Shown here in pieces: positions 18,055 through 27,554 of a DNA stretch of 64,000 bases. Source of the stretch: a virus; IMG/VR virus record IMGVR_UViG_3300032288_004815, positions 1-64,000 of that record; one strand, given 5' to 3'. The number at the start of each line of letters is the position of its first letter. Within the stretch, counting starts at the first letter, position 1. The position numbers and the translations under genes are program-made. The notes beneath the pieces were generated by a model that did not search any database, was not told where the DNA came from, and saw nothing but the letters and a program-made list of their open reading frames with translations.

Positions 18055-20877
18055 ATGGCTAACACCGCACCAATTTGGATAACTCCCCCCGGTAATTTAG
18101 GTATAATTCCTGAGCAAGAATACTATGAATTACCACTGGATGCCTATGATCCCTTGGCTGCACCATATCCGCCCTTGCAATTTAGTATTGTTGCTGGCAG
18201 TTTACCTGCAGGCTTGCAAATTTATGATGATGGCAGAATATTAGGCATTCCTGTACTAGGACAAATACGCGGTGTTCCTTCACCTGTAAGCAAAGTAACA
18301 ACCAGTACTTTTACAGTAAGAATTAAAAATATTCAAAATCAGGTAGCAGATAGAACATTTACTTTGACGGTAGCAGGCCTAACCCCACCTATTATTATTC
18401 CTACAAACAGTGATTTAGGCACTTACATAGATGGAACTTATGTTGATATACAGTTAGAATCTATAGAGCCAAATAATTTACTTACTCCTGTTTTTAGTAT
18501 AATAGATGGGGCTTTACCAGAAGGAGTAACTTTATCTAGTAATGGAAGAATAAGCGGCTATATAAGACCTGTAACCAGTGATCAAACCACACAAGGACAG
18601 GGTTATGATGTAAGTCCATTTGATCTTTACGGTTTTGATTTTAGTGGTATCAATGTTGACAGAAACTTTCAATTTACAGTTCAAGTTGCCGATGGAGTAA
18701 ATTTTGATACTCAAATTTACACGATTTATGTAATTTCTAGACAAAGTCTTACAGCAGATAATGATACAACCACAGTGGATAGTTCGTATATTACTGCAGA
18801 TGATACTACACTTTACAGTCCAGTAATTTACACTGAAGCTGGAAGTTTAGGTTCAATAAGACAGAACACAAGATTTGCTTATCAAATTGAAGCAGAAGAC
18901 TATGACGCAGATGCTATTACATATGAAATTACCACTGGTGCTTTGCCAACAGGATTAACATTGAACGCTACTAGTGGTTGGATTTCGGGGTTAGTTCCGT
19001 TTGGTGTGCTGGGCAGTATTACATATAATTTCGGTATTAGGGTTTATAAAACTGGAAATCCAAGCTATACCAGCGAAACTAAAAACTTCAGCTTAAAAGT
19101 ACTAGGTCAAATTTCAGACACTGTAACATGGGAAACAGATTCTGAACTTGGTATAATCTATACTGGCGCTATCAGTGATTTGTATATTAGTGCTACTACT
19201 CCCAGTAACCGCTTTTTACAGTATAGTTTAATTACTACAGGTGGTCTTCCAATTGGGTTAGAACTACAAAAAGATGGTACTATAACTGGTAGAGTAAGTT
19301 TTGAAACTTTTGGTTTAGATGGAGGAACTGTTACTTTCGATGACGGACTGACTACATGGGATCAAAAATATACATTCACAGTGTCTGTCAATGATTCAGA
19401 CAACTATGTGTATGACGAAAAAACATTTACACTAACAGTGTATAAACGAGACAATCAACCTTACGAAAATTTATATTGTCAACTACTGCCAACAAGAGCT
19501 CAAAGAGACATATTCTATGGCATTATAAACAACTCCGATATAATACCAAACAGCTATATTTACAGACCGTGGGATCCATGGTTTGGTGTTAATTTTTTGC
19601 GTAGAGTTTTACTGCAAACAGGTTTGAATCCAAAACAAATAGCAGAGTATGTGTCTGCGATGACTTTAAATCATTACTGGAAAACACTGCAATTTGGCAA
19701 TGTAAAAACCGCACGGGCCCAAGATGCGGATCTTAATACAATATACGAGGTTGTTTATTTAGAACTTATTGACAGTGTGGTCAATGACCAAGGACTAGGA
19801 CCAAATCTTGCAATTAGTTGGCCATTAAATAACAGCGGTATTACTACAGTATATCCCAATAGTTTTCCTAACATGTATCAAAGAATAGGAGATAATATAG
19901 GGTATGAAAATAGAAGTATTTTACCTGCATGGATGACCAGTACTCAGTCTGACGGAACTGTATTAGGATTTACACGAGCATTCGTAATTTGTTACACTCA
20001 ACCAAACAAGTCGCAAGAAGTTGCATATAGACTGAGCACAGTCATTGAAGAATTTGGATTAATTAATTTCACTATTGATAGATACGAATATGACAGCGTT
20101 TTGAGTGAAAATTTTGAAAAAAATAATGCCACAGGTACAGGCACAATTACATCTAATACTAGCAGTAATATAGTTATTGGCACAGGTACTGCGTTTACCA
20201 GTGAGCTGTATCCGGGTAAAACAATTTTCGTAAACAATATCACACTAGGCACAGTAAACACAGTAAGCAATGCTAGCGTTCTTTTATTAACTGCTAATGC
20301 TAACAGTAATGTCTCAGCAAACAGCTTTACTTATGATACTAATGTGTTTATAATCAATAATTTCGTAATTGCTTCAGGTAATATTACAGCAAACACTAAT
20401 AGCAAATATATTCAAGGTATTGTTACAAACATTACAGGTACAGGACTGATAACTGCCAATGTTGATAGTACAACAGTAACTGGTATTGGTACCGCTTTTA
20501 ACACTGAATTAACTGTGGGTAAACAGTTATATTACACAGGTAACAGCATTGGTACTATAACCAGCATTAGAAGCAATGCAATTTTAACACTTGATGCTCC
20601 AGTCAGCTCAAATTTAACTAATGTTGCATTTACTGCAGACGGAACTACTACTTTGTTCCTTACAGAATTGCATTTAAACGACACTATTGTTGTCAACACT
20701 AATGTGCGATTGGGAACTGTGGCTAATATTCACAGCGACACAAATGTGGAATTATACAGCAATAGTTTAAGCACAGTTTCTAATGTTAGTTACAGTCATA
20801 CCGCAAGAGATATATATACCACACCGACAACAGGAGATAAATATCTGAAGTACCCACAAATCGGAGTTTTGCCCTAA
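18055..20877 (+). CDS. Large virion protein with putative Ig-like repeats (baseplate-associated)
   Basis: Repeated GSLPAGL/GALPEGV/GALPTGL..G.I.G units; GTGTAFTSEL repeats near C-terminus. Confidence 0.7.
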   Translation: MANTAPIWITPPGNLGIIPEQEYYELPLDAYDPLAAPYPPLQFSIVAGSLPAGLQIYDDGRILGIPVLGQIRGVPSPVSKVTTSTFTVRIKNIQNQVADRTFTLTVAGLTPPIIIPTNSDLGTYIDGTYVDIQLESIEPNNLLTPVFSIIDGALPEGVTLSSNGRISGYIRPVTSDQTTQGQGYDVSPFDLYGFDFSGINVDRNFQFTVQVADGVNFDTQIYTIYVISRQSLTADNDTTTVDSSYITADDTTLYSPVIYTEAGSLGSIRQNTRFAYQIEAEDYDADAITYEITTGALPTGLTLNATSGWISGLVPFGVLGSITYNFGIRVYKTGNPSYTSETKNFSLKVLGQISDTVTWETDSELGIIYTGAISDLYISATTPSNRFLQYSLITTGGLPIGLELQKDGTITGRVSFETFGLDGGTVTFDDGLTTWDQKYTFTVSVNDSDNYVYDEKTFTLTVYKRDNQPYENLYCQLLPTRAQRDIFYGIINNSDIIPNSYIYRPWDPWFGVNFLRRVLLQTGLNPKQIAEYVSAMTLNHYWKTLQFGNVKTARAQDADLNTIYEVVYLELIDSVVNDQGLGPNLAISWPLNNSGITTVYPNSFPNMYQRIGDNIGYENRSILPAWMTSTQSDGTVLGFTRAFVICYTQPNKSQEVAYRLSTVIEEFGLINFTIDRYEYDSVLSENFEKNNATGTGTITSNTSSNIVIGTGTAFTSELYPGKTIFVNNITLGTVNTVSNASVLLLTANANSNVSANSFTYDTNVFIINNFVIASGNITANTNSKYIQGIVTNITGTGLITANVDSTTVTGIGTAFNTELTVGKQLYYTGNSIGTITSIRSNAILTLDAPVSSNLTNVAFTADGTTTLFLTELHLNDTIVVNTNVRLGTVANIHSDTNVELYSNSLSTVSNVSYSHTARDIYTTPTTGDKYLKYPQIGVLP

Positions 20878-22086
20878 ATGACCAGCAGTATTAATTATAC
20901 CAATATAGATGCAACTTTTCCAGTAGCTGGACAAGACAACAGCAGCCAAGGTTTTCGTGATAATTTCCAAAATATCAAGACTAACTTCCAATATGCAGCT
21001 ACAGAAATTTCCGCATTACAAGCCAATGCAGTGCAAGCGGGGCAAACTAGTAATTTGTCTGGTAGTGTTTTGGCTAATGCAGCTTTATCTGGACTTAGGG
21101 AAGTAGTATTTGATCATGGCACAGTCACTAGCGGAAGTTTAACTTATAATTTTTATAATGGAAGTTACCAATTAGTTAATCTCGGTGCTAGCTTAACTGT
21201 AAGTTTTAGTAACTTCAATACTATTACTGATCAGGCTATTACAATTAGACTGGCAGTTGTCGTTCCTAATACTGCCTATACTGTAACATGGCCGGCCAGT
21301 GTTAGTCAGAATATTTCAACTATTGACAGACAATCTGGTCAAGTAACCAGATTTGCCAATACAGGATATTATGTATTTCAACTAACTACAACCAATGGCG
21401 GCACAACTTGGTCAATTACAGAACTTACCAGAAATCAAAATGAATTTCAGGGTAATGTAAACTTTTATACAGTGGTCAGCAACACTGCGGTAGCAGGTGT
21501 AACAATTACGGTGGCTAATGTAGGCGGAGTAGTTAAAGGTAATATTTACGCAAACAATGTTATTGTAGACAGTGTAATTACCAGCGGCACTAATGCTACC
21601 TATACTGGTAATGTAACTGCGGGTAATTTAATTGCTAATACTGGCATCTATGGTAATGTCCTTACAGCAGTACAAACTGGAATTACTTTACTAGGCACTC
21701 AAACTTCTTTAAGTGTAAGTGGTAATGCTAATGTGGGCAATCTTACAGTTACTGGCATGACTGACATGTGCGGGGGTACCACTTATGGTGTACAAAATGC
21801 CACAATGGTCAATGGTGGTAGCACTCAAATTTTCAGTAATATCGGATTTGCATTGTTGAGAACAGGAGCAGGCGTTGGTACAATTGCTACTCATACAATT
21901 ATTATGCCAGCAACACCAATGAATGGCCAAGCCATCCAAATTGGTTTTGCAAATACAGTAACAGCATTGACTCAAAGCGGGTCTGGTTCACAGACTGTAA
22001 ATGGCGCATTTACCACTGCTAATACAAGTTTTGGTGCAACTTGGGTTTACGAATCTAGTACCAATGCTTGGTACAGAGTTGGTTAA
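20878..22086 (+). CDS. Virion structural/fibre protein
   Basis: FPVAGQDNSSQGFRDNF N-terminus; T/N/G-rich beta repeats. Confidence 0.65.
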   Translation: MTSSINYTNIDATFPVAGQDNSSQGFRDNFQNIKTNFQYAATEISALQANAVQAGQTSNLSGSVLANAALSGLREVVFDHGTVTSGSLTYNFYNGSYQLVNLGASLTVSFSNFNTITDQAITIRLAVVVPNTAYTVTWPASVSQNISTIDRQSGQVTRFANTGYYVFQLTTTNGGTTWSITELTRNQNEFQGNVNFYTVVSNTAVAGVTITVANVGGVVKGNIYANNVIVDSVITSGTNATYTGNVTAGNLIANTGIYGNVLTAVQTGITLLGTQTSLSVSGNANVGNLTVTGMTDMCGGTTYGVQNATMVNGGSTQIFSNIGFALLRTGAGVGTIATHTIIMPATPMNGQAIQIGFANTVTALTQSGSGSQTVNGAFTTANTSFGATWVYESSTNAWYRVG

Positions 22087-22093
22087 AATTAAT

Positions 22094-22122
22094 TTGATTA
22101 TTTGAAATTAATTCTGTATAAT
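22094..22122 (+). promoter_or_regulatory. sigma70-type promoter
   Basis: TTGATT-N17-TATAAT. Confidence 0.55.
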
Positions 22123-22259
22123 TTGCTCTATACTGTTATGAGTGACGAGCTTTACCGAGAACTAACAAAAGTTTTGCAATTAATGGCTTGTGGTAAAATT
22201 TTTGCTGCAAGAGAAATGTTGGAAAAATTGTTAGGCACAGAACAAAAGGATCGAGCATA

Positions 22260-22496
22260 ATGCATCCATTTACTCCGGATTTGTCTCAGACCAGTGATGC
22301 TGAGTTAACTAAAAAACACAGCGAACTTATGACAAAATTGAATGCTGCTTACAGAATGAATAACGGCTCACTGATAAATCAACTGCAAATGATCCTAGAT
22401 GATTACACTCAAGAAATTAATCGCAGACGGCAAAAAGAATTAGAAGAAATTCTCAAGAAAAACGACAAGTTTGATAAAATAATCGATATAAAGTGA
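22260..22496 (+). CDS. Hypothetical helical protein
   Basis: ORF coupled to next gene. Confidence 0.6.
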   Translation: MHPFTPDLSQTSDAELTKKHSELMTKLNAAYRMNNGSLINQLQMILDDYTQEINRRRQKELEEILKKNDKFDKIIDIK

Positions 22497-23008
22497 AATA
22501 TAACAATTACGGCGAATTAATTGTCGATGAGCATGACTTATTCGATTTGTTATACACAAATCCAAATCTAGACTTGACTAGATTTCGAGTACAAGACCCT
22601 TCGTTGTATAACAGTGCTGTTAAAACTTTACATGCAGAATTAGACAAACTAACTGAATATCATCCAGTAGACTATGCAAACATTGAAGATTTCGATCATC
22701 AACATCAAACTCAATGGATCATGCCTGATGAATATAAAAAATTTGACATTGCAGCGTGGTTGTTGGATCAATGCACAACAGAAGAACAACTACAGCGAGT
22801 TGGTCAAGAATTAATTATGTATCAGGATCGTAACTTATTTGATCTACTAAAGTTTATGAAATATCTAGTAGACAACATGAGAAAGAATAATATAGTATGG
22901 GGTGTTGGTCGAGGATCAAGTGTGGCCAGTTATGTTTTGTACTTAATTGGTGTACACAAAATTGATTCAATATATTATCAGTTAGACATCGAAGAATTCC
23001 TTAAATAA
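22493..23008 (+). CDS. DNA polymerase III alpha (DnaE)-like fragment
   Basis: RV.QEL..., IVWGVGRGSSVASYVLYLIGVHKID..YQLDIEEFL; only 171 aa. Confidence 0.8.
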   Translation: MKYNNYGELIVDEHDLFDLLYTNPNLDLTRFRVQDPSLYNSAVKTLHAELDKLTEYHPVDYANIEDFDHQHQTQWIMPDEYKKFDIAAWLLDQCTTEEQLQRVGQELIMYQDRNLFDLLKFMKYLVDNMRKNNIVWGVGRGSSVASYVLYLIGVHKIDSIYYQLDIEEFLK

Positions 23009-23025
23009 GTGTAAAGGATAATAAC

Positions 23026-23250
23026 ATGCCAAACGGAATATATAGAACAGCATTTGGAAAAACTGTTAATTTAGATCAATTGAGATTAATGCACGAAAAT
23101 ACAAAAGCTGTAGGCAACATGAATGCCAACGCTCGTGGTGATATTGTGGCCGCAGATGGATCAGTGGTCAAAGGTCGCAACCAAAGAATGCATGAACAAT
23201 ATCAACACAGGCCACCAGTTAACTTAAATCAATTACGACGAGGAAAATAA
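23026..23250 (+). CDS. Hypothetical protein
   Basis: AVGNMNANARGD motif; AAGGA SD after TAAATA. Confidence 0.65.
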   Translation: MPNGIYRTAFGKTVNLDQLRLMHENTKAVGNMNANARGDIVAADGSVVKGRNQRMHEQYQHRPPVNLNQLRRGK

Positions 23251-23672
23251 TGCCAATCGAAAATCCTTATGATCAAAAAATAGGCTACAAATTTGCTAAC
23301 AAAGTAAAGAAATTAATTCCATTAAACGACCATGTTCTAGCCACAGACATGAATTTTGGCCAAAGAACACTGACCAGTGGTATTATCTTAATGGGCGATG
23401 ACGGAAAAACTGACGGTATTAGACCTCGTTGGTGTCGCGTGTACGCAGTTGGCCCTACTCAACAAGATGTAAAACCTGGCCAGTGGATTCTAGTAGAACA
23501 CGGTCGTTGGACTAGAGGTATTGAAGTTGAAATAGAAGGTAAACAATTCACTGTGCGTAGAATAGACGCTGCGGCGATTATGATGGTTTCCGACGAAGAA
23601 CCTAATTCAATTGATACTATTAGTACAGCACTTCATGCCGAAAGACGATCAAGAGAATACTATGGAGAATAA
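23250..23672 (+). CDS. GroES-like co-chaperonin
   Basis: PLNDHVL...TSGIIL...VYAVGP...VKPGQWIL. Confidence 0.75.
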   Translation: MPIENPYDQKIGYKFANKVKKLIPLNDHVLATDMNFGQRTLTSGIILMGDDGKTDGIRPRWCRVYAVGPTQQDVKPGQWILVEHGRWTRGIEVEIEGKQFTVRRIDAAAIMMVSDEEPNSIDTISTALHAERRSREYYGE

Positions 23673-23847
23673 AAAAATCTGGACGGTTCAACTTGAAGAA
23701 GATCCAGAAACGCCAGGTGAACTGTTGTTTACTTTTCCTATGGATTTGTTAATTGCAGCAGGGTGGGCAGCAGGCGACACTATAGCATGGAGTCAAGACT
23801 CTCTAGGATCGTGGATTTTAAAAAAGAAATCTGACTTAGACAAATAA
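23662..23847 (+). CDS. AbrB/MazE-like small protein
   Basis: LLFTFPMDLL..AGW.AGDTI.W. Confidence 0.5.
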   Translation: MENKKIWTVQLEEDPETPGELLFTFPMDLLIAAGWAAGDTIAWSQDSLGSWILKKKSDLDK

Positions 23848-23857
23848 TAGATATCAA

Positions 23858-24112
23858 ATGGGTTTTAAAATTTCATGGGACAAGGCCGATATAGAACGGC
23901 AGTTGATGAGAATGTCGGGGGAATTAAATAACCCATTGAATGACGGTTTTTCAGCCTGGGCCATAAAAAAAGATCTATTAGAAATTGAATTCTTATTACA
24001 TGAACTAATATCAAAATCATATACCTTTGGCGATACCGAATCTAACTTTATAAATGAGTTAGAAAAGAAAAAAACTTGGAAAATATTAAATGACAAAACA
24101 AGCAATAATTAA
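23858..24112 (+). CDS. Hypothetical protein
   Basis: ORF in series. Confidence 0.55.
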   Translation: MGFKISWDKADIERQLMRMSGELNNPLNDGFSAWAIKKDLLEIEFLLHELISKSYTFGDTESNFINELEKKKTWKILNDKTSNN

Positions 24113-24302
24113 TCAAGATAGTTTCTGCACTTTTCTTGAAATTAAAAAACTGTCAATTGAAAGCCACCGAGGTTGTTATGCTTTAAAGTTTAGCACTACT
24201 TTTAGTAATGCCAAAGAACCTGCTGCAGAACAAACCAAATATCAGTTATTTTTAACACAACAAGAATTTTTAAAACTTAAGGATCTTATCAATGCGGTGT
24301 AA
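24090..24302 (+). CDS. Hypothetical protein
   Basis: ORF in series. Confidence 0.5.
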   Translation: MTKQAIINQDSFCTFLEIKKLSIESHRGCYALKFSTTFSNAKEPAAEQTKYQLFLTQQEFLKLKDLINAV

Positions 24303-24430
24303 TGTTTGTAATAAAGATTATAGTGTAACCTGTGATTATAATCAAGGTCGTTGTCCGCATCATCCACCTATAATAAATTCACACTCGTTTAGATTTTTAA
24401 ATTTATTTCGTACTTTAAAGGAGTGGATCA

Positions 24431-24598
24431 GTGGAAATTCAACCAAAAGATCCTAGTAAATGGCATTTTAGAATCAGTTTAATAAAAAGTGGCATTAGAA
24501 TTATTGCCGCTTGGAGGCTTATTCAGGGTGATTTACTGGCTGCGGGTATATTGTTTATAGCAGCCGAATTACTAGGCATTGCAGAGGAAATGTTTTAA
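24431..24598 (+). CDS. Small membrane protein
   Basis: GTG start after GGAG; HFRISLIKSGIRI...AELLGIAEEMF; TAATG-coupled to next gene. Confidence 0.55.
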   Translation: MEIQPKDPSKWHFRISLIKSGIRIIAAWRLIQGDLLAAGILFIAAELLGIAEEMF

Positions 24599-25101
24599 TG
24601 ATATTCAATAAAGTAAGAGAACTTAAAGACAAAGGTCTGCGGATTGGAATAACTTTTAGCACATTTGATTTATTACATGCTGGGCATGTAGCTATGTTAA
24701 GTGAATGTAAAAACCATTGCGATTATTTAATTGCAGGGCTTCAGACTGATCCTACTATTGATAGACCCGACACAAAAAATCCACCAGTACAAAGTATTGT
24801 CGAAAGGCAAATACAATTAAATGCCACTAGATATGTTGATGAAATCGTAGTGTATCAGACTGAAAAAGATCTGGAAGATATTTTACTAACCTTGCCAATT
24901 GATGTAAGAATTTTGGGCATTGAATACGAGCACAAAGATTTTACAGGGCGTAATATTTGTCTTGACAGAGGTATTGATATAGTTTACAATAAGCGCGATC
25001 ACAGTTTTAGCAGCAGTAGTTTGCGTAAACGAGTGGCCGAAGCAGAAGCACAAAAACATAGCAGTTTGTACAATGATCCTAATATACAACGAATACGATG
25101 A
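24598..25101 (+). CDS. Cytidylyltransferase (TagD/glycerol-3-phosphate type)
   Basis: TFDLLHAGH (HxGH), YVDEI, RDHSFSSSSLR. Confidence 0.88.
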   Translation: MIFNKVRELKDKGLRIGITFSTFDLLHAGHVAMLSECKNHCDYLIAGLQTDPTIDRPDTKNPPVQSIVERQIQLNATRYVDEIVVYQTEKDLEDILLTLPIDVRILGIEYEHKDFTGRNICLDRGIDIVYNKRDHSFSSSSLRKRVAEAEAQKHSSLYNDPNIQRIR

Positions 25102-25242
25102 TGTTTATGTTTGGGTTGAACCCAACGACCACAACATACCATTAAGTCCTGAATTTGATGAAGAACAACAAGCTTTGTTATGGAAAACAAGAATAAAAAA
25201 CATAATCAAAGAAGAACTTAAAAGTGGTCGTCTAGAAATAAA

Positions 25243-25542
25243 ATGACTGAAAATTCCGGGGGAAAAGGATCAGCACCTAGACCATTCAGTGTTGATCAAA
25301 AAACTTTCAGCGACAATTGGGACTTAATTTTTGGCAGCAAAAGTAAAACTGCAGGAAAACCAGATTGTTATTGCTATAATTGCAACAAGAATTATGCCGA
25401 ACCAGGGTTTCACTTTCCGTATGTAATGACCAGGATGATTGTTTGTCCTATGTGCGGAAACAAACGCTGTCCACATGCTACCGATCATAGCTTTGCTTGT
25501 ACCAATAGCAATGATCCTGGCCAACCAGGAAGTAGATATTAA
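25243..25542 (+). CDS. Hypothetical Cys-rich protein
   Basis: GKGSAPRP..NWDLIFG joined to CYCYNC..CPMCGNKRCPHA. Confidence 0.55.
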   Translation: MTENSGGKGSAPRPFSVDQKTFSDNWDLIFGSKSKTAGKPDCYCYNCNKNYAEPGFHFPYVMTRMIVCPMCGNKRCPHATDHSFACTNSNDPGQPGSRY

Positions 25543-25730
25543 TGAACGAACAAATTAAAAAACTGATAGAACAAGTAGGCACAGATACCAGCGGCAAATG
25601 GATCAGCGTGGACAATGCCGAAAAATTTGCAAAATTAATCATTGAAGAATACAATAAAGAACTTCGAGAGTCTCGAAGAGAAACAAAACACAAATTAGGT
25701 TATAGTCGTATTGGATTGAAAAACATATGA
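25542..25730 (+). CDS. Hypothetical protein (MNE...KFAKLI family)
   Basis: MNEQIKKL...EKFAKLIIEE. Confidence 0.55.
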   Translation: MNEQIKKLIEQVGTDTSGKWISVDNAEKFAKLIIEEYNKELRESRRETKHKLGYSRIGLKNI

Positions 25731-25918
25731 AAGAACACTTTAAAAATCAAATTGAACAGGGTGCTACAGAAATGTTTTTCTATGCACTTGAAAATGTAGA
25801 TCAAACTCGAGTCGAAGTAAAGAGCCACAAAGGCACAATTGATACTTTTCCTGAACTAGAATACATCCGCCATTTAACTGATGGCGTACCATTGTTTCGG
25901 AAACAAATTATGGACTGA
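25727..25918 (+). CDS. Hypothetical protein
   Basis: ATGA-coupled ORF. Confidence 0.5.
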   Translation: MKEHFKNQIEQGATEMFFYALENVDQTRVEVKSHKGTIDTFPELEYIRHLTDGVPLFRKQIMD

Positions 25919-25924
25919 AAAATG

Positions 25925-25956
25925 CTCTCTGTGTATAAATAACTATATACGGAGAG
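25925..25956 (+). promoter_or_regulatory. T4-type late promoter within an SD-sequestering hairpin
   Basis: TATAAATA 25934-25941; 13-bp stem (2 G-U) 25925-25937/25944-25956 covers GGAG SD of the endonuclease. Confidence 0.75.
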
Positions 25957-25960
25957 AAAA

Positions 25961-26659
25961 ATGTCCTACAAGAAACCACAAGCTGAAGAAATCGATACAA
26001 CTGAACTCTGCGAATACGGTTGCGGGACACACGCACGATATAAGTTCTGGAACGGAAAAGTATGCTGTTCTAAACATCACAACTCCTGCAAAGGCAAGCG
26101 TGAGGCTTTTTCTAAGTTAGATCATACAGAAAGAACTTCTAAATCACTTGCTACTCGAATCGAAAAAGGTATCACGAAAACTTCGCAAATCAAAGGGGCC
26201 GCCACTCGTAAAGAAAATAATCATTACGAAAAATTGGCGCATACAATGCGAGACCACTGGGCTAAGAATCCTTGGGACAACAATGCTCAATGTCCTATTA
26301 CCGAATTTAAAAATACAGGCGTAGTATATCAAGGCACTTATGAATTTGAGTTTCTTGAAGAATTGGAAGCAGAATACGGATTAGAATGGATCACTAAAAA
26401 TGTCACTCGCGGGCCAAGTGTTTGGTTTGACGATCCTACGGATAATGTCAAAAAACTTTACATCAGCGACTTTTTAATACACAATACAGTGTACGAGATT
26501 AAATCATCGTGGACTTGGAATAAGAATGGTACTGACATTAATCTTGAACGAAAAAATAAAGCAAAACTGACTGAATGTATTAATCAAAAATATAACGTAG
26601 TATTAGTATTAAATCAAAAAAGGATAGAGTATGCGAGAGTTATGGACGGAGTTGTATAG
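25961..26659 (+). CDS. Putative freestanding homing endonuclease, PD-(D/E)xK type with N-terminal Cys/His cluster
   Basis: CEYGCG..CCSKHHNSC; YQGTYE..F; YISDF..VYEIKS; overlaps start of clamp loader. Confidence 0.7.
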   Translation: MSYKKPQAEEIDTTELCEYGCGTHARYKFWNGKVCCSKHHNSCKGKREAFSKLDHTERTSKSLATRIEKGITKTSQIKGAATRKENNHYEKLAHTMRDHWAKNPWDNNAQCPITEFKNTGVVYQGTYEFEFLEELEAEYGLEWITKNVTRGPSVWFDDPTDNVKKLYISDFLIHNTVYEIKSSWTWNKNGTDINLERKNKAKLTECINQKYNVVLVLNQKRIEYARVMDGVV

Positions 26660-27554
26660 GCCCAAAACAGTTGATGAATATGTGTTCACTGATCAATCAG
26701 TAAAGGAACAAGTACAGGGCTGGATCGAAGAAGGCGCTTGTCCGCATCTACTGTTACATGGACCTGCGGGTACAGGTAAAACTACATTGGCCAAGGTGTT
26801 AGTAAATCAACTTGGTATAGACAACTTTGACTTTTTACAAGTAAACGCTAGTCGAGACAACGGTGTAGACTTTCTTAAAACTAAAATTGAAGGATTTGTC
26901 AGTACTTTGCCATTTGGACATCTTAAAATAGTGCTACTGGACGAAGCAGATTACTTGAGTCCAAACGCACAAGGCCTGCTGCGTGGACTCATGGAAACTT
27001 ATCAAGCACAGGCTAGATTTATTTTAACTTGTAACTTAGTACACAAAATCATTACTCCTATCAAAAGCCGTTGTGTAGATTTACAAATTAATAAAACTGA
27101 TCCAACAGAGTTCACTGCTCGCGTAGCAACTGTGTTAATGACTGAAAATATAGAGTTTGACTTAGACACACTAGACAGCTATGTCAAAGCCACTTACCCA
27201 GATCTTCGTAATTGTTTAAAACTAGTACAGCAAAACAGCAATACTGGCAAACTGATCAGTCCCCGAGAAGAACAGAACAGTACTGCAGATTACAGATTGA
27301 CCATGGTAGACTTGTTCAAACAACGCCGAATCCGCGAAGCAAGAAAACTATTGTGCGAACAGGCCAGGCCTGAAGAAATGGAAGAAATTTTTCGGTGGAT
27401 GTATGATAATCTAGATTTATGGTCCGCTACTGAAGAAGGCCGAGATGAAGCTATTATGATTATTCGTAAAGGCATTGTATGGCATAGTCAATGTGCGGAT
27501 CCAGAAATTAATTTAAGTGCGACTATTACTGAACTGGCGGGAATTCGATCTTGA
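26631..27554 (+). CDS. Sliding-clamp loader AAA+ subunit (T4 gp44/RFC-like)
   Basis: WTELYRP, GPAGTGKTT, NAS, LDEADYL, SRC. Confidence 0.93.
   Translation: MRELWTELYRPKTVDEYVFTDQSVKEQVQGWIEEGACPHLLLHGPAGTGKTTLAKVLVNQLGIDNFDFLQVNASRDNGVDFLKTKIEGFVSTLPFGHLKIVLLDEADYLSPNAQGLLRGLMETYQAQARFILTCNLVHKIITPIKSRCVDLQINKTDPTEFTARVATVLMTENIEFDLDTLDSYVKATYPDLRNCLKLVQQNSNTGKLISPREEQNSTADYRLTMVDLFKQRRIREARKLLCEQARPEEMEEIFRWMYDNLDLWSATEEGRDEAIMIIRKGIVWHSQCADPEINLSATITELAGIRS

Noticed and set aside
17173-22086. Diversity-generating retroelement target in fibre genes
   Set aside because: No reverse transcriptase and no template/variable repeat pair seen in the window.
25919-26640. Group I intron around the endonuclease
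   Set aside because: Only about 40 nt of non-coding sequence flanks the ORF, leaving no room for a ribozyme core, and the clamp loader has its own start.
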